Notes: generated from the letters alone by a model not told the origin. A DNA stretch of 64,000 bases from Arenicellales bacterium (GCA_965232345.1 OZ246969.1:168-64167), one strand, 5' to 3'. Shown: positions 9,442 to 19,293, counted from the stretch's first letter. Program-made: numbers and translations.

Positions 9442-10662
9442 CTACCAGTCTTCGAGCGGATAGCTGGTGAGCATTTCGTAACCGGTCTCGGTAATCAGCA
9501 CCTGCTCTTCGATCTTCACTCCTTCACCGCCGTGAATCGAGCCCATGTAGGATTCCACACACAAGGTCATGCCGGGTTCCAATACACCGTCATAGCCCTT
9601 CTTCTCATAATCCATGTAGTGCTTGATGCTGGGATACTCATCAGCCAGCCCCACGCCGTGAAAGATGACTCCGTATCGGTTGGGTGCGAACTCATCGGGC
9701 AGCGGCCACGCCATGGCAGACAGTTCTTTATACGTCAGGCCCGGTCTCAGCAATTCCGTGTTGAAGCGAATCTGCTCGGCAGCCAGCTGATAGAGCCGCG
9801 CCTGCTCCGGGGTTGGCTTGACCTCGCCGCATATCCAGGAGCGGGACATGTCACAGCAGTAACCATAGGGACCGATCAAGTCCGTGTCAAAGCTCATCAT
9901 GTCACCCTTCTCGATAACCCGCATGGACGACTCGCGCATCCACGGATTGGTTCTCGGCCCGGATGAAAGAAGCCGCGTCTCAATCCACTCACCGCCCAAC
10001 GCGATATTGGTTTCATGGAGTTTCGCCCACAGCGCATTTTCAGTGATTCCCGGCTCCATCGCATCGCGCATGTTCGACACTGCGGCCTCACACACGCGCA
10101 CCGCGTGCTTCATCAGCTCCAACTCTTCCGCAGACTTGATGACTCTTGCAACTTCCATGACATCCTGCCCCTCGACCAGTTCGAGGCCGCGCTTCTCCAG
10201 CGCATGAATTCCCAAAAGGCTGCAGCGGTCAACTGCGATTCTGCGATTTCCGCCGCCGTGAGCTGTCACAACATCATTGAGCTCCCGAGCAAACTTGTGA
10301 GCATTCTCTTCACAGCGGGACCCGGCGCCGAAAAAGAAAAACGGGGTCATGACCCGATATTCGTCAATAGTGGGAAGGTCCTCGGCAAGATGTGGCATGT
10401 TGCCAAAATCCCATAGTATGACGGGTCCTTCAGTCGCAACAAACGCACAGCGGGCTTCATAGTGCGAGCACCAGATCTGCATGTTGGTCGCGTCGGTCAC
10501 ATAACGGGTATTCAATTGATCGAACAGCAGCGCCCCGGCCAAATCCCGCGCCCGAAGCTGCTGTCTGACGCGTTCGAGTCGATATCTGCGTACAGTGTCC
10601 AGGTCGACGGGCGGCTCTGAAAATTCCATGGCGCCGTGCTGGCGGTTTCGCGTTTCGGCCAT
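9442..10662 (-). CDS. M24-fold metallohydrolase (creatinase/Xaa-Pro dipeptidase/DddP-like)
   Basis: 406 aa. Pita-bread fold hallmarks are present: FDTDLIGPYGYCCDMSRSW (Asp ligands), IFHGVGL (His) and CVESYMG…KIEEQVLIT (Glu ligands). The substrate cannot be assigned from sequence. Confidence 0.75.
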   Translation of the reverse strand: MAETRNRQHGAMEFSEPPVDLDTVRRYRLERVRQQLRARDLAGALLFDQLNTRYVTDATNMQIWCSHYEARCAFVATEGPVILWDFGNMPHLAEDLPTIDEYRVMTPFFFFGAGSRCEENAHKFARELNDVVTAHGGGNRRIAVDRCSLLGIHALEKRGLELVEGQDVMEVARVIKSAEELELMKHAVRVCEAAVSNMRDAMEPGITENALWAKLHETNIALGGEWIETRLLSSGPRTNPWMRESSMRVIEKGDMMSFDTDLIGPYGYCCDMSRSWICGEVKPTPEQARLYQLAAEQIRFNTELLRPGLTYKELSAMAWPLPDEFAPNRYGVIFHGVGLADEYPSIKHYMDYEKKGYDGVLEPGMTLCVESYMGSIHGGEGVKIEEQVLITETGYEMLTSYPLEDW

Positions 10663-11156
10663 GTCCTATAGATTCCTCTGATTCAGTTGGAGTGGAAATT
10701 CAGTCTTGAAAACCGATTGATTTTAATTTTTTTGGGAGTTGGCGACTCAATTGATTTCAGTTTGTCGCACGAAAAAATCGCAAATTTTCCAAAGATGTCA
10801 ATTTCCTGCATTGCACATGAATTCAGAAAGATGAAGAATTGAATCGGCAATAACAACAGCCATCAGAACCAGAATCTGTTCAACACCGAAATATTCCGGT
10901 CATTTCGGCTGCTCAATCCATTTCCCCGCGCCATTGAGTCTGATTCTTGCTGCCCATGCAAAAAATTCGGTGTCAGCAATTTCAATGAATGCACTCACAA
11001 TTTCTTAAAACAAATTCAATATTCGCTCTTGAAATTGCCTATACTCAATGAATCGAAATTTGAAATTGAATTTCATTTTGTTGTATTCTTGCGTAACTAA
11101 CGCGATTAATGTGCAAACCAAGCCAGAAATGGCTTTAAACAATTGGAGTAAAGCGA

Positions 11157-12260
11157 ATGAAAAAATCAATCGTTAAACAAACAGTGTTGGCAGCATCAGC
11201 TGTATTTCTGCTTGCTGGAGGCGTGGTAACCGCCCAGGCTCAGGAATTGGTTGTGGTTTCGTGGGGCGGGGCTTACTCGAAGAGTCAGCAGCTCGCGTAT
11301 CACGACCCGTTCATGGCTGAGAATCCCGGCATTACCATCATCAATGACGATTCCGCATCTGAAGGCGTCGCCAAGCTGAGAGCGCAGGCTGAGGTCGGAA
11401 ACGTCACCTGGTCCTTGCTGGATACCATTGCCTCTTATGCGATCACGCTGTGCGATGAAGGATTGGTCGAGGAATTTGATCCCGATGAAATTCTGAGCCC
11501 GGCGCCGGACGGAACGCCTGCGAGCGAAGATTTTGGTGACCTGATTGTCTCGCCATGTTTTATTCCGAATATCGTCTATTCGACCACATGGGGCTATCGA
11601 ACCGACATGGTTCCAGAAGCGCCAACGATGATCGCTGACGCGTTCGATATGGAGAAGATTCCAGGCAGACGAGGTTTGGAGCAAAAGCCAATTAACAATC
11701 TTGAATGGGCTCTGCTTGCAGATGGTGTAGATCCGGATGCGATTTATGATACGTTGGACACGCCGGAAGGTGTGGCGCAGGCTTTTGCGAAACTGGACAC
11801 CATCAAGGCAGACACAGTCTGGTGGACGCGCGGCGCTCAACCGCCACAGATGCTGGCAGATGGTGAAGTGGTCATGGCTTCTGCCTACAATGGACGGCTG
11901 TTTTCAGCAATTGAAGAAGAAGGTCAGCCAATCGGCATGATGTGGGACTGGCAGGTGTTTGATCTTGATGGTTGGGTCGTGCCTGTCGGCGCTCCTCACC
12001 GAGACGCGACTCTGAAGCTGTTGCGATACGCCACAGATACCCAGAGACTGGCAGATCAGGCCAAATACATCTCCTACGGTCCGGCACGCATGTCATCTGC
12101 GGGAATGGTTGGTCAACATGCAGTTTTGGGCATCGAGATGGGACCGCATATGCCAACTCATCCAGATAACGCGAAAACCACTCTGCTGTACAACTATGAG
12201 TGGTGGGCGGACAACGAAGATGATCTGACAGAACAGTTCACCTCTTGGCTTGCTCAATAA
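11157..12260 (+). CDS. ABC transporter periplasmic substrate-binding protein (PotD/PotF-like)
   Basis: 367 aa. Signal peptide MKKSIVKQTVLAASAVFLLAGGVVTAQA followed by LVVVSWGGAY, typical of this family. Confidence 0.85.
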   Translation: MKKSIVKQTVLAASAVFLLAGGVVTAQAQELVVVSWGGAYSKSQQLAYHDPFMAENPGITIINDDSASEGVAKLRAQAEVGNVTWSLLDTIASYAITLCDEGLVEEFDPDEILSPAPDGTPASEDFGDLIVSPCFIPNIVYSTTWGYRTDMVPEAPTMIADAFDMEKIPGRRGLEQKPINNLEWALLADGVDPDAIYDTLDTPEGVAQAFAKLDTIKADTVWWTRGAQPPQMLADGEVVMASAYNGRLFSAIEEEGQPIGMMWDWQVFDLDGWVVPVGAPHRDATLKLLRYATDTQRLADQAKYISYGPARMSSAGMVGQHAVLGIEMGPHMPTHPDNAKTTLLYNYEWWADNEDDLTEQFTSWLAQ

Positions 12261-12297
12261 ATTCACTGGAGAGTTTGAGAGGTTAAGAAGATTTCAG

Positions 12298-12328
12298 TGT
12301 GGGATGCGAAAAAAGTTCGCATCCCACA
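12298..12328 (+). terminator. Perfect intercistronic hairpin between the binding-protein and permease genes (attenuator or mRNA stabiliser)
   Basis: TGTGGGATGCGAA / TTCGCATCCCACA forms a 13-bp perfect stem with loop AAAAG. Only TT follows, so it is more likely a partial terminator or processing/stability element. Confidence 0.45.
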
Positions 12329-12383
12329 TTGGATATGTCATAATCTGAAATGACGATCAATAAACTTTGAACCAGATTCGGTC

Positions 12384-13655
12384 ATGGCGGACACGGCAAT
12401 CACTCCAGATCAACCCCTGACGACAGCGGACGGCACGCCACTTAAGACGGCATTGGCTCGGGCTCTTCGCCGAGACAAGCTCAAGTCGCTTGCATTGGTT
12501 GCACCGCTGTTCTTTTTTCTCGGAATTACTTTCCTGATTCCAATCGCCGACATGCTTTGGCGCGGCGTCGACAATCCTATTGTCTCCACTTATCTGCCTC
12601 GAACGACTGAAGCGATTGAACGTTGGGACGCGCTCTCCGGTGAACTACCCGATGAAAGCGTGTTTGAGGCGATGTTCCTGGACATTCAGGAAGGAGCGAA
12701 GGATAAGCTGATCACGCGGGTCGGCAAGCGTCTCAATTACGAATTGCCGGGGATGAACAGTCTGTTCAGAAAGTCTCAGAGACGGGTCCCCAGAATTGAG
12801 GAAGGACCCTATCAGGAAGCTCTGATCAAGGTTGACAAGAAGTGGGGGAATATTGAGACCTGGCAGGTGATCAAAACCTTTTCGCCCACTCTGACATCAG
12901 GCTATTTCCTTGCGGCGCTTGATTTGCAGCTCACGCCAGCCGGCGACATTGAAATTCTCGAGGAAAAGAACCGGATTTACATCAAGCTGTTCTGGCGAAC
13001 ACTTCTTCTAAGCGGATTCATCACGCTGATGACATTGATACTAGGGTATCCGGTCGCTTATCTTCTGGCAACGCTGCCCCTTAAATCCAGCAATATCCTG
13101 CTGATGCTTGTACTGCTGCCGTTCTGGACCTCACTGCTCGTTCGAACGACATCATGGATCGCACTGCTGCAGAGAGAGGGGGTGTTGAACGACATAATGG
13201 TTGCGTTGAATCTGATCGACGAAGACAGTCGCCTGACAATGATTCACAACGCAACCGGAACCGTTGTCGCGATGACACACATTCTGCTACCATTCATGAT
13301 ATTGCCGCTTTACAGCGTTATGAAAACAATTCCTCCCAGCTATATGCGAGCGGCAGTCTCGCTTGGCGCTCATCCCTTCAGCGCATTTTTCAAGGTTTAC
13401 GCACCAAACACAATTCCGGGAATCGGCGCAGGAGGCATTCTTGTCTTCATCCTGGCCATCGGCTACTATATCACCCCCGCTCTGGTTGGCGGCACTTCCG
13501 GTACATTCATCAGCAACTTCATCGCCTACCATGTGTCGATATCCCTGAACTGGGGGCTGGCCGCGGCGCTTGGCATCATTCTGCTGGGCTTGGTGCTGGT
13601 GCTTTACATCCTGTATGATCGAATTGTCGGCGTTGACAACATGAAGCTCGGATAA
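12384..13655 (+). CDS. ABC transporter permease (PotB-like) with a roughly 150-aa insertion after TM1
   Basis: 423 aa. Multi-TM protein with an EAA-loop-type region (SYMRAAVSLGAHPFSAFFKVYAPN). Confidence 0.85.
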   Translation: MADTAITPDQPLTTADGTPLKTALARALRRDKLKSLALVAPLFFFLGITFLIPIADMLWRGVDNPIVSTYLPRTTEAIERWDALSGELPDESVFEAMFLDIQEGAKDKLITRVGKRLNYELPGMNSLFRKSQRRVPRIEEGPYQEALIKVDKKWGNIETWQVIKTFSPTLTSGYFLAALDLQLTPAGDIEILEEKNRIYIKLFWRTLLLSGFITLMTLILGYPVAYLLATLPLKSSNILLMLVLLPFWTSLLVRTTSWIALLQREGVLNDIMVALNLIDEDSRLTMIHNATGTVVAMTHILLPFMILPLYSVMKTIPPSYMRAAVSLGAHPFSAFFKVYAPNTIPGIGAGGILVFILAIGYYITPALVGGTSGTFISNFIAYHVSISLNWGLAAALGIILLGLVLVLYILYDRIVGVDNMKLG

Positions 13656-14510
13656 ATGGCAAGCAAGCTACCATCTTACTACACCCCGATTGAACGGATC
13701 TGGCACTATCTTTTCCGCATCATTTGCGGACTGATTTTCCTGTTCCTGATTTTTCCGATTCTGGTGATCGTGCCGCTGTCGTTCAATGCGGTGCCGTTTT
13801 TCACGTTCACAGCGGAAATGCTGTCTTTTGACCCGGCGGGCTATTCGCTCAAATGGTATGAGGACTTTTTCACCAATGTGAACTGGCAGGGGGCGGTGAA
13901 CAACAGCATCATCATCGCTATCTTCTCAACTTTGATCGCCACCGGTCTCGGCACTGTGGCGGCGCTGGGGTTGAGCCGGCGCGAAGTGCCCTACCGCACG
14001 ACATTGATGGCGATTCTGATCTCACCCATGATCGTGCCGCTGATCATCTCCGCCTGCGGCATGTTCTTCTTCTACTCCAGAGTGAATCTGCAAGGCACGC
14101 ACATCGGTGTGATCCTGGCGCATGCTGCGCTCGGCACACCTTTTGTCGTGATCACTGTAACCGCGACTTTGGTTGGATTTGACCGCAGCCTGATTCGCGC
14201 CGCGAACAGCCTGGGCGCGGACGGGGTAACCACCTTTTTCAAAATTATTGTGCCGCTGATCCTGCCCGGTGTAATCTCCGGCGCTCTGTTCGCCTTCATC
14301 ACATCCTTTGATGAAGTCGTCGTGATTCTGTTTGTCGGCAGTTTCGAGCAGCGAACAATTCCGTGGCAGATGTTCTCAGGCATCCGCGAGCACATCAGCC
14401 CGACAATTCTTGCGGTCGCGACTCTGCTGGTTCTGGTTTCGATTCTGCTGCTCACCGCAATTGAGATGCTGCGGCGACGCACGGAGAGGCTGCGCGGCGT
14501 CAGAACCTGA
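13656..14510 (+). CDS. ABC transporter permease (PotC-like)
   Basis: 284 aa. EAA loop (SLIRAANSLGADGVTTFFKIIVPL). Its start directly abuts the upstream stop. Confidence 0.85.
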   Translation: MASKLPSYYTPIERIWHYLFRIICGLIFLFLIFPILVIVPLSFNAVPFFTFTAEMLSFDPAGYSLKWYEDFFTNVNWQGAVNNSIIIAIFSTLIATGLGTVAALGLSRREVPYRTTLMAILISPMIVPLIISACGMFFFYSRVNLQGTHIGVILAHAALGTPFVVITVTATLVGFDRSLIRAANSLGADGVTTFFKIIVPLILPGVISGALFAFITSFDEVVVILFVGSFEQRTIPWQMFSGIREHISPTILAVATLLVLVSILLLTAIEMLRRRTERLRGVRT

Positions 14511-14517
14511 TCGGCGC

Positions 14518-15447
14518 CTAGAAGGGCCGGTCTCCGTTGATTGTGAGCCGCCACATCACGCGGCGTTCTCCCGGATAGTCGTTCAGCGCGTAATGCTGCA
14601 GGCAGCGATTGTCCCAGAACGCAATTGACCCTGGTTCCCACCGGAAATTGCAGCAGATGTCCGGCTGGACTGCGTGCTTGACGAGATAGCGCAAGATCGG
14701 TTCAGACTCCTCTTCGCTCAAGCCTTCGATTCCGACTGTAAACGGTTCGTTCACGTAGAGCGCCTTGCGCCCGGTTTCAGGATGTGTGCGGATGATCGGA
14801 TGGGATACACGTGCCTGTGCGGTTTCATCACCCCGAATCGGTGTCCCCGCGTGCTTGCTTCGGTAGTCCTCGCTTGAGTACTCACCCGCCCGGCCATAGA
14901 CATTTTCCGCGCTGTGAACGCCTTTCAGATTTTTCAGCAATTCTTTGTAGGTCTCAGACAGCATGTCATAAGCCAGATATTGATTGGCGAACAGCGTGTT
15001 GCCACCGAATTTCGGCACTTCCATGCCACACAGGATTGAGCCGAGCGGTGGCTTCTCATCAAACGTTACATCGCTGTGCCAGGTGCCTGAAAAGTTGTAT
15101 TTGTCTTCAGGGTTCTTGACAACCATCATGATTTCTGGATGCCCTTCCAAGGACCCGACATAGGGGTGAATGTGAAACGATCCAAAGTGCTTGCCGAAAT
15201 TCTTGAGCGATTCAGGTTCGACTGTCTGATCCCGAAAAAAGATGACCAGGTGATCGAGGAAAGCGCACTTGATCTCGTCGATCGCTTCAGTCGAAACGGG
15301 GCGGGAGATGTCGACACCGAAAATTTCCGCCCCGCAAGCGCCGGCATACGGCTTGACTTCAATGTGTTGATAGTTTCGCTGAACTGAGTTCAGACCGACA
15401 CCTGGAATCACTTTAGGCCGCTGCCATTTCATTTCGTTTCCACTCAT
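14518..15447 (-). CDS. TauD/TfdA-family Fe(II)/2-oxoglutarate dioxygenase
   Basis: WHSDVTF (HxD), GGNTLFAN and WDNRCLQH motifs. The track ORF runs to 15498. The ATG at 15447 (MSGNEMKW) is preferred. Confidence 0.85.
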   Translation of the reverse strand: MSGNEMKWQRPKVIPGVGLNSVQRNYQHIEVKPYAGACGAEIFGVDISRPVSTEAIDEIKCAFLDHLVIFFRDQTVEPESLKNFGKHFGSFHIHPYVGSLEGHPEIMMVVKNPEDKYNFSGTWHSDVTFDEKPPLGSILCGMEVPKFGGNTLFANQYLAYDMLSETYKELLKNLKGVHSAENVYGRAGEYSSEDYRSKHAGTPIRGDETAQARVSHPIIRTHPETGRKALYVNEPFTVGIEGLSEEESEPILRYLVKHAVQPDICCNFRWEPGSIAFWDNRCLQHYALNDYPGERRVMWRLTINGDRPF

Positions 15448-15801
15448 GTAATGTGCTTGTTTAAAACACCCTGTACAAAGGTCACAATTACCTTTCACTC
15501 AAGTAAATGTTGAGAATCGCCGAAAAGACACTCACTCTTGATTTTAGCTTTATCCTCTGGGTTAGCACTTCTGGTTCTGATAGAACTTTTTTCAAATGCT
15601 TCTTGTCTGGTTCGCAGACTCTGTGCCTCACCTCGAAAACGAACCTACCTGAAGATTTCGATATTTATTCGCTAAGATTTTTCCTTATACATGGACAAAT
15701 GATGTCTGGGGTTTTGAATTAGAATAGTAGAATTCCACCACGAACAAATGAAAAGAGGAGACGACGATTTACGTCATCCCCCCTTTTCATAAAGCTGTCA
15801 T

Positions 15802-15899
15802 GTGGCTGTGGCGGAACTGGTATACGCAGGAGACTCGCATTCTCCCGCTCAGTTGTCAACCCAACTGGGCTGTGGGTTCGAATCCCACCAGCCACACCA
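15802..15899 (+). tRNA. Type-II tRNA (long variable arm) with a Leu-like D-arm, discriminator A73 and apparent anticodon CGC; encoded CCA
   Basis: Hand-folded. Acceptor stem is 15802-15808/15889-15895. The D-arm GCGGAACTGGTATACGC is close to E. coli tRNA-Leu GCGGAATTGGTAGACGC. The anticodon stem is GGAGA/TCTCC with loop CTCGCAT (anticodon at 15836-15838). The variable region is 26 nt with a 9-bp stem. The T-arm is GTGGG-TTCGAAT-CCCAC, then A-CCA. Confidence 0.7.
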
Positions 15900-16944
15900 T
15901 ATACCATTCATCCAATGAGTGACACAGACGGCATGTTGACTATATAGCATTCATTGGGGAAAAGTCAATACATTTTTTCATTTTGTCAAATAAAAATCTT
16001 GCATTTTCCCTCGTATCGTTCATCATACGCTAATGATTCAATACAACAAAAGTAGAATTTCAGATCCGAATTTGCAATCCCGGCACATTCCTTCCCTACT
16101 TTCAAACCAACTTTTAGTTGGTAAGGGACTAAGCGTTACTTTAGAACTTATCTGAATTGGCATTGGATTACTTTCGTGGACTGTGTGCAGAAATCCAGGT
16201 GGATTTTTGGTGCTGCCATGTCCAAATTCAGTTAAAAATTAAATCGTCATCAAGGCTGATGCTGAACAAACAGATAGTTGCACCCATAGCTGAAATTCCG
16301 CGACCCGCCATGACTGTACCGATCTCCTCGGAAAATATCGATTCGTCGGGACCCTGCCAGTAACGAGATGCAATATGTCATCTATGTCTGATTATTGAAT
16401 GGACACTCTTTGTATCGCAATGAAGACAGTGCGCTTCGTCTCACCATCGAATATTCTCAAGCCGCTTCCGTATGCTCCCATAGTGTGAAATTCTATTGAC
16501 CAGATCAATGAGCGACATTCCGATTTGATCATGATTGCCAGACCACATTCCTGAATTCTCATTCTGCAAATTTGCACTTAGTCGTGGAGATGATGACTGT
16601 TTCGTATCACGTATTTCGCAAAATCACAGAGCAAATGTGACTTCCAACTACAATTCCCATTCGTCAAATTTTTTACCAGAATGGTAACGAAAGAATATGG
16701 TTTGATGAATTGCGACTTCCACAGCTGAGGAGCATGTCATTGACGATTCCAAATTGATTCATTCGCCTCTCAATCGCTTGAAAAGCCAATAAAATACTGC
16801 GCGGTCTGACTAACTTCGCTGAGAATGGGCTTCTGCCGGTGCAACTGACATTCACCATAGTCAGATGGCTGGAACTATCAATTCAGGCAGTGAAGAACCG
16901 CACACGCTTCAGCAGTCATTATTTCGGATCGAGATAAGAAACTC

Positions 16945-18543
16945 ATGAATTCAGAGTCATTTGACTTCATTATCGTCGGTGGCGGTACGGCCGGATGCGT
17001 GCTCGCGAATCGCCTGTCAGCAAACCCTGCAAATTCGGTTCTGGTGCTTGAGGCTGGCAAGCGGGACACAAATCCGTGGATTCACATCCCAGTGGGTTAT
17101 TTCAAGACAATGCACAATCCAGCGACGGATTGGTGCTACAAGACAGAGTCCGATCCGGGATTGAATCATCGCTCCATCAAGTGGCCGCGCGGCAAAGTAC
17201 TTGGCGGATCAAGTTCAATCAACGGTCTGCTGTATGTTCGAGGTCAGCGAGAGGATTACGATGACTGGGAGAGCGCTGGAAACCCCGGCTGGTCGTTTGA
17301 CAGCATGCTGCCCTACTTCATCAAGTGCGAGCATCAGGAGCGCGGCGCCGATGATTTCCACGGCCAAGGTGGCATGCTTAAAGTCTCAGACATGCGGATT
17401 CGCCGCCAGATTGGTGACGCATTCATTCAAGGCGCACTGGAAATCGGCATACCCTCAAACGACGACTTCAATGGCGCTGTTCAGTCAGGAGTCGGCTATT
17501 TTCAACTGACCGCCTGGAAAGGGCGGCGTTGCAGTTCAGCGGTTGGCTATCTGAGACCCGCGTTATCGCGATCCAACTTGAAAGTGGTTACCGATGCGCT
17601 CACCACTCGTATCGCATTTGATGGAGATCGCGCATCTGCCGTTGAATATCAGCATGGCGGCAAGCAAATCACTGTGCGCGCCAATCGAGAGATTATTGTT
17701 TGTGCCGGGGCCATCAATTCACCGCAGCTGCTGATGCTCTCGGGCGTGGGCCGCGCTGAACACCTGCAGGAGCTTCAGATTCCTGTCAAGCGAAACCTGC
17801 CCGGTGTCGGCGAAAATCTGCATGATCACCTGCAGATAAGATCGGTCTACCGCTGTTCAGTGAAAACTCTGAATGATGAGATTCGAAATCCAATTCATAA
17901 AATGCTGATCGGCCTCAGGTACTTTGCCTTTCGCACAGGACCGATGAGCATGGCCGCAAGTCAGATAGGAATATTCACCGGATCGCAGCCGCACATCGAA
18001 CGTCCCGACATCCAGTTTCATTTTCAGCCGCTGAGTTCCGACAGCCCCGGACAGGGGGTTCATGATTTTTCAGGCATCACCTCTTCGGTCACGCAGCTTC
18101 GACCGACGAGCCGCGGAAATCTGCGGCTTCAATCAGTTGATCCCAACGACTACGTCGCCATACATCCGAATTACCTGAGCACCGAGGAAGATCAGGTAAC
18201 CACGGTCAATGCCATGAAGGTGTCCCGACGCATTGTGAACAGCAAGGCAATGTCAGGATACATCGAGAAGGAGGTTCTGCCGGGGGTTCAGGTTCGAACT
18301 GATGACGAACTGCTAGACTGTGCCAGAGCCATCGGCGAGACCATCTACCATCCCGTCGGCACCTGCAAGATGGGGCCTGAGTCAGATCCAATGGCGGTCG
18401 TTGATCCGCAGCTTCGAGTTCACAGTCTCGACAATTTGCGTGTCGTCGATGCGTCGATCATGCCTGTTATCACTTCCGGCAATACCAACGCACCCACATT
18501 CGCAATTGCAGAAAAAGCCGCTGATATGATTCTCGGCCATTAG
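16945..18543 (+). CDS. GMC family oxidoreductase (choline/alcohol dehydrogenase-like)
   Basis: 532 aa. N-terminal FAD motif FDFIIVGGGTAGCVLANRLS and C-terminal HPVGTCKMG and GNTNAPT motifs. Confidence 0.9.
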   Translation: MNSESFDFIIVGGGTAGCVLANRLSANPANSVLVLEAGKRDTNPWIHIPVGYFKTMHNPATDWCYKTESDPGLNHRSIKWPRGKVLGGSSSINGLLYVRGQREDYDDWESAGNPGWSFDSMLPYFIKCEHQERGADDFHGQGGMLKVSDMRIRRQIGDAFIQGALEIGIPSNDDFNGAVQSGVGYFQLTAWKGRRCSSAVGYLRPALSRSNLKVVTDALTTRIAFDGDRASAVEYQHGGKQITVRANREIIVCAGAINSPQLLMLSGVGRAEHLQELQIPVKRNLPGVGENLHDHLQIRSVYRCSVKTLNDEIRNPIHKMLIGLRYFAFRTGPMSMAASQIGIFTGSQPHIERPDIQFHFQPLSSDSPGQGVHDFSGITSSVTQLRPTSRGNLRLQSVDPNDYVAIHPNYLSTEEDQVTTVNAMKVSRRIVNSKAMSGYIEKEVLPGVQVRTDDELLDCARAIGETIYHPVGTCKMGPESDPMAVVDPQLRVHSLDNLRVVDASIMPVITSGNTNAPTFAIAEKAADMILGH

Positions 18544-18567
18544 CGGCGCGCCCCGCCACTCAGACCG

Positions 18568-19293
18568 CTAATCGCTGTCGTCGACTTCGGCACCGGCGCC
18601 GCTGCGCCGCGAAAGCTCGCTGTTGGGCACGAACGATTCCGCTGCCTTCTGTTTCAGAATCCGAAAGCTCTGCTCGTCAATTTCGACTCTCCGCGAACTC
18701 AAGGCTTCGAGCTTCGATCGGGTGAGGTGCTGTCCGCGCCTCTTCCTGGCAAATGAATGCTGAACTGACGATGAACTGTGCGGTGCGCATGAAACCTTGA
18801 CATTTTTTGACTCCTGCCAACGCTTCGTACTTTCCATATCAGAACTGATCCAGATTTCCCCGTCTTGAACTGCGAATTTAAGTTTAGTCAGACTTATCTC
18901 GAATCGCACAGGCAAGTGAGTCCGAGCCAGCGCCAGCGGGACAAGCAATTCTGTATAACGCGAATTCAGCATCGTCGCAGTGTCTGAGCACTGGTGCTTG
19001 ACGGTATAGGCGGTCAGCCGATCAAATCCTTCCATCAATGTCAATGGGTTGACATACTCCAAATTCGGAGCTCTGACTCGAGTCGGACCCATCATCCGAT
19101 CTTCATTGGCAATTTCCATGAATTCTTGCAGGGGTGGCATTGATTCTGCCAGTTCACTCAGAGGGACTATGCGTATTGCCGCAAGCCAAGCAACCGCATT
19201 CGCCAGTTCAACATCTGAACCAGCCGGAAATCCCATAGCTGAGAAGACACGCTTGCACAGTGTGCAGGTTTCGCTGTTGGACAGGTGAATCAT
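18568..19293 (-). CDS. Conserved hypothetical protein, possibly DUF3726-like
   Basis: The N-terminus MIHLSNSETCTLCKRVFSAMGFPAGSDVELANAVAWL and a C-terminal SRRSGAGAEVDDSD tail resemble my recollection of DUF3726. The track ORF extends to 19380. Confidence 0.45.
   Translation of the reverse strand: MIHLSNSETCTLCKRVFSAMGFPAGSDVELANAVAWLAAIRIVPLSELAESMPPLQEFMEIANEDRMMGPTRVRAPNLEYVNPLTLMEGFDRLTAYTVKHQCSDTATMLNSRYTELLVPLALARTHLPVRFEISLTKLKFAVQDGEIWISSDMESTKRWQESKNVKVSCAPHSSSSVQHSFARKRRGQHLTRSKLEALSSRRVEIDEQSFRILKQKAAESFVPNSELSRRSGAGAEVDDSD

Noticed and set aside
9442-10662. Calling the M24-fold protein a DMSP lyase DddP (or creatinase, or ectoine hydrolase)
   Set aside because: Only the generic pita-bread metal-ligand pattern is visible. 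Subfamily assignment needs phylogeny or HMMs that I cannot run, so only the family-level call is kept.
15719-15907. 62-aa minus-strand ORF
   Set aside because: It is entirely antisense to the tRNA gene, and its translation is a by-product of the tRNA sequence.
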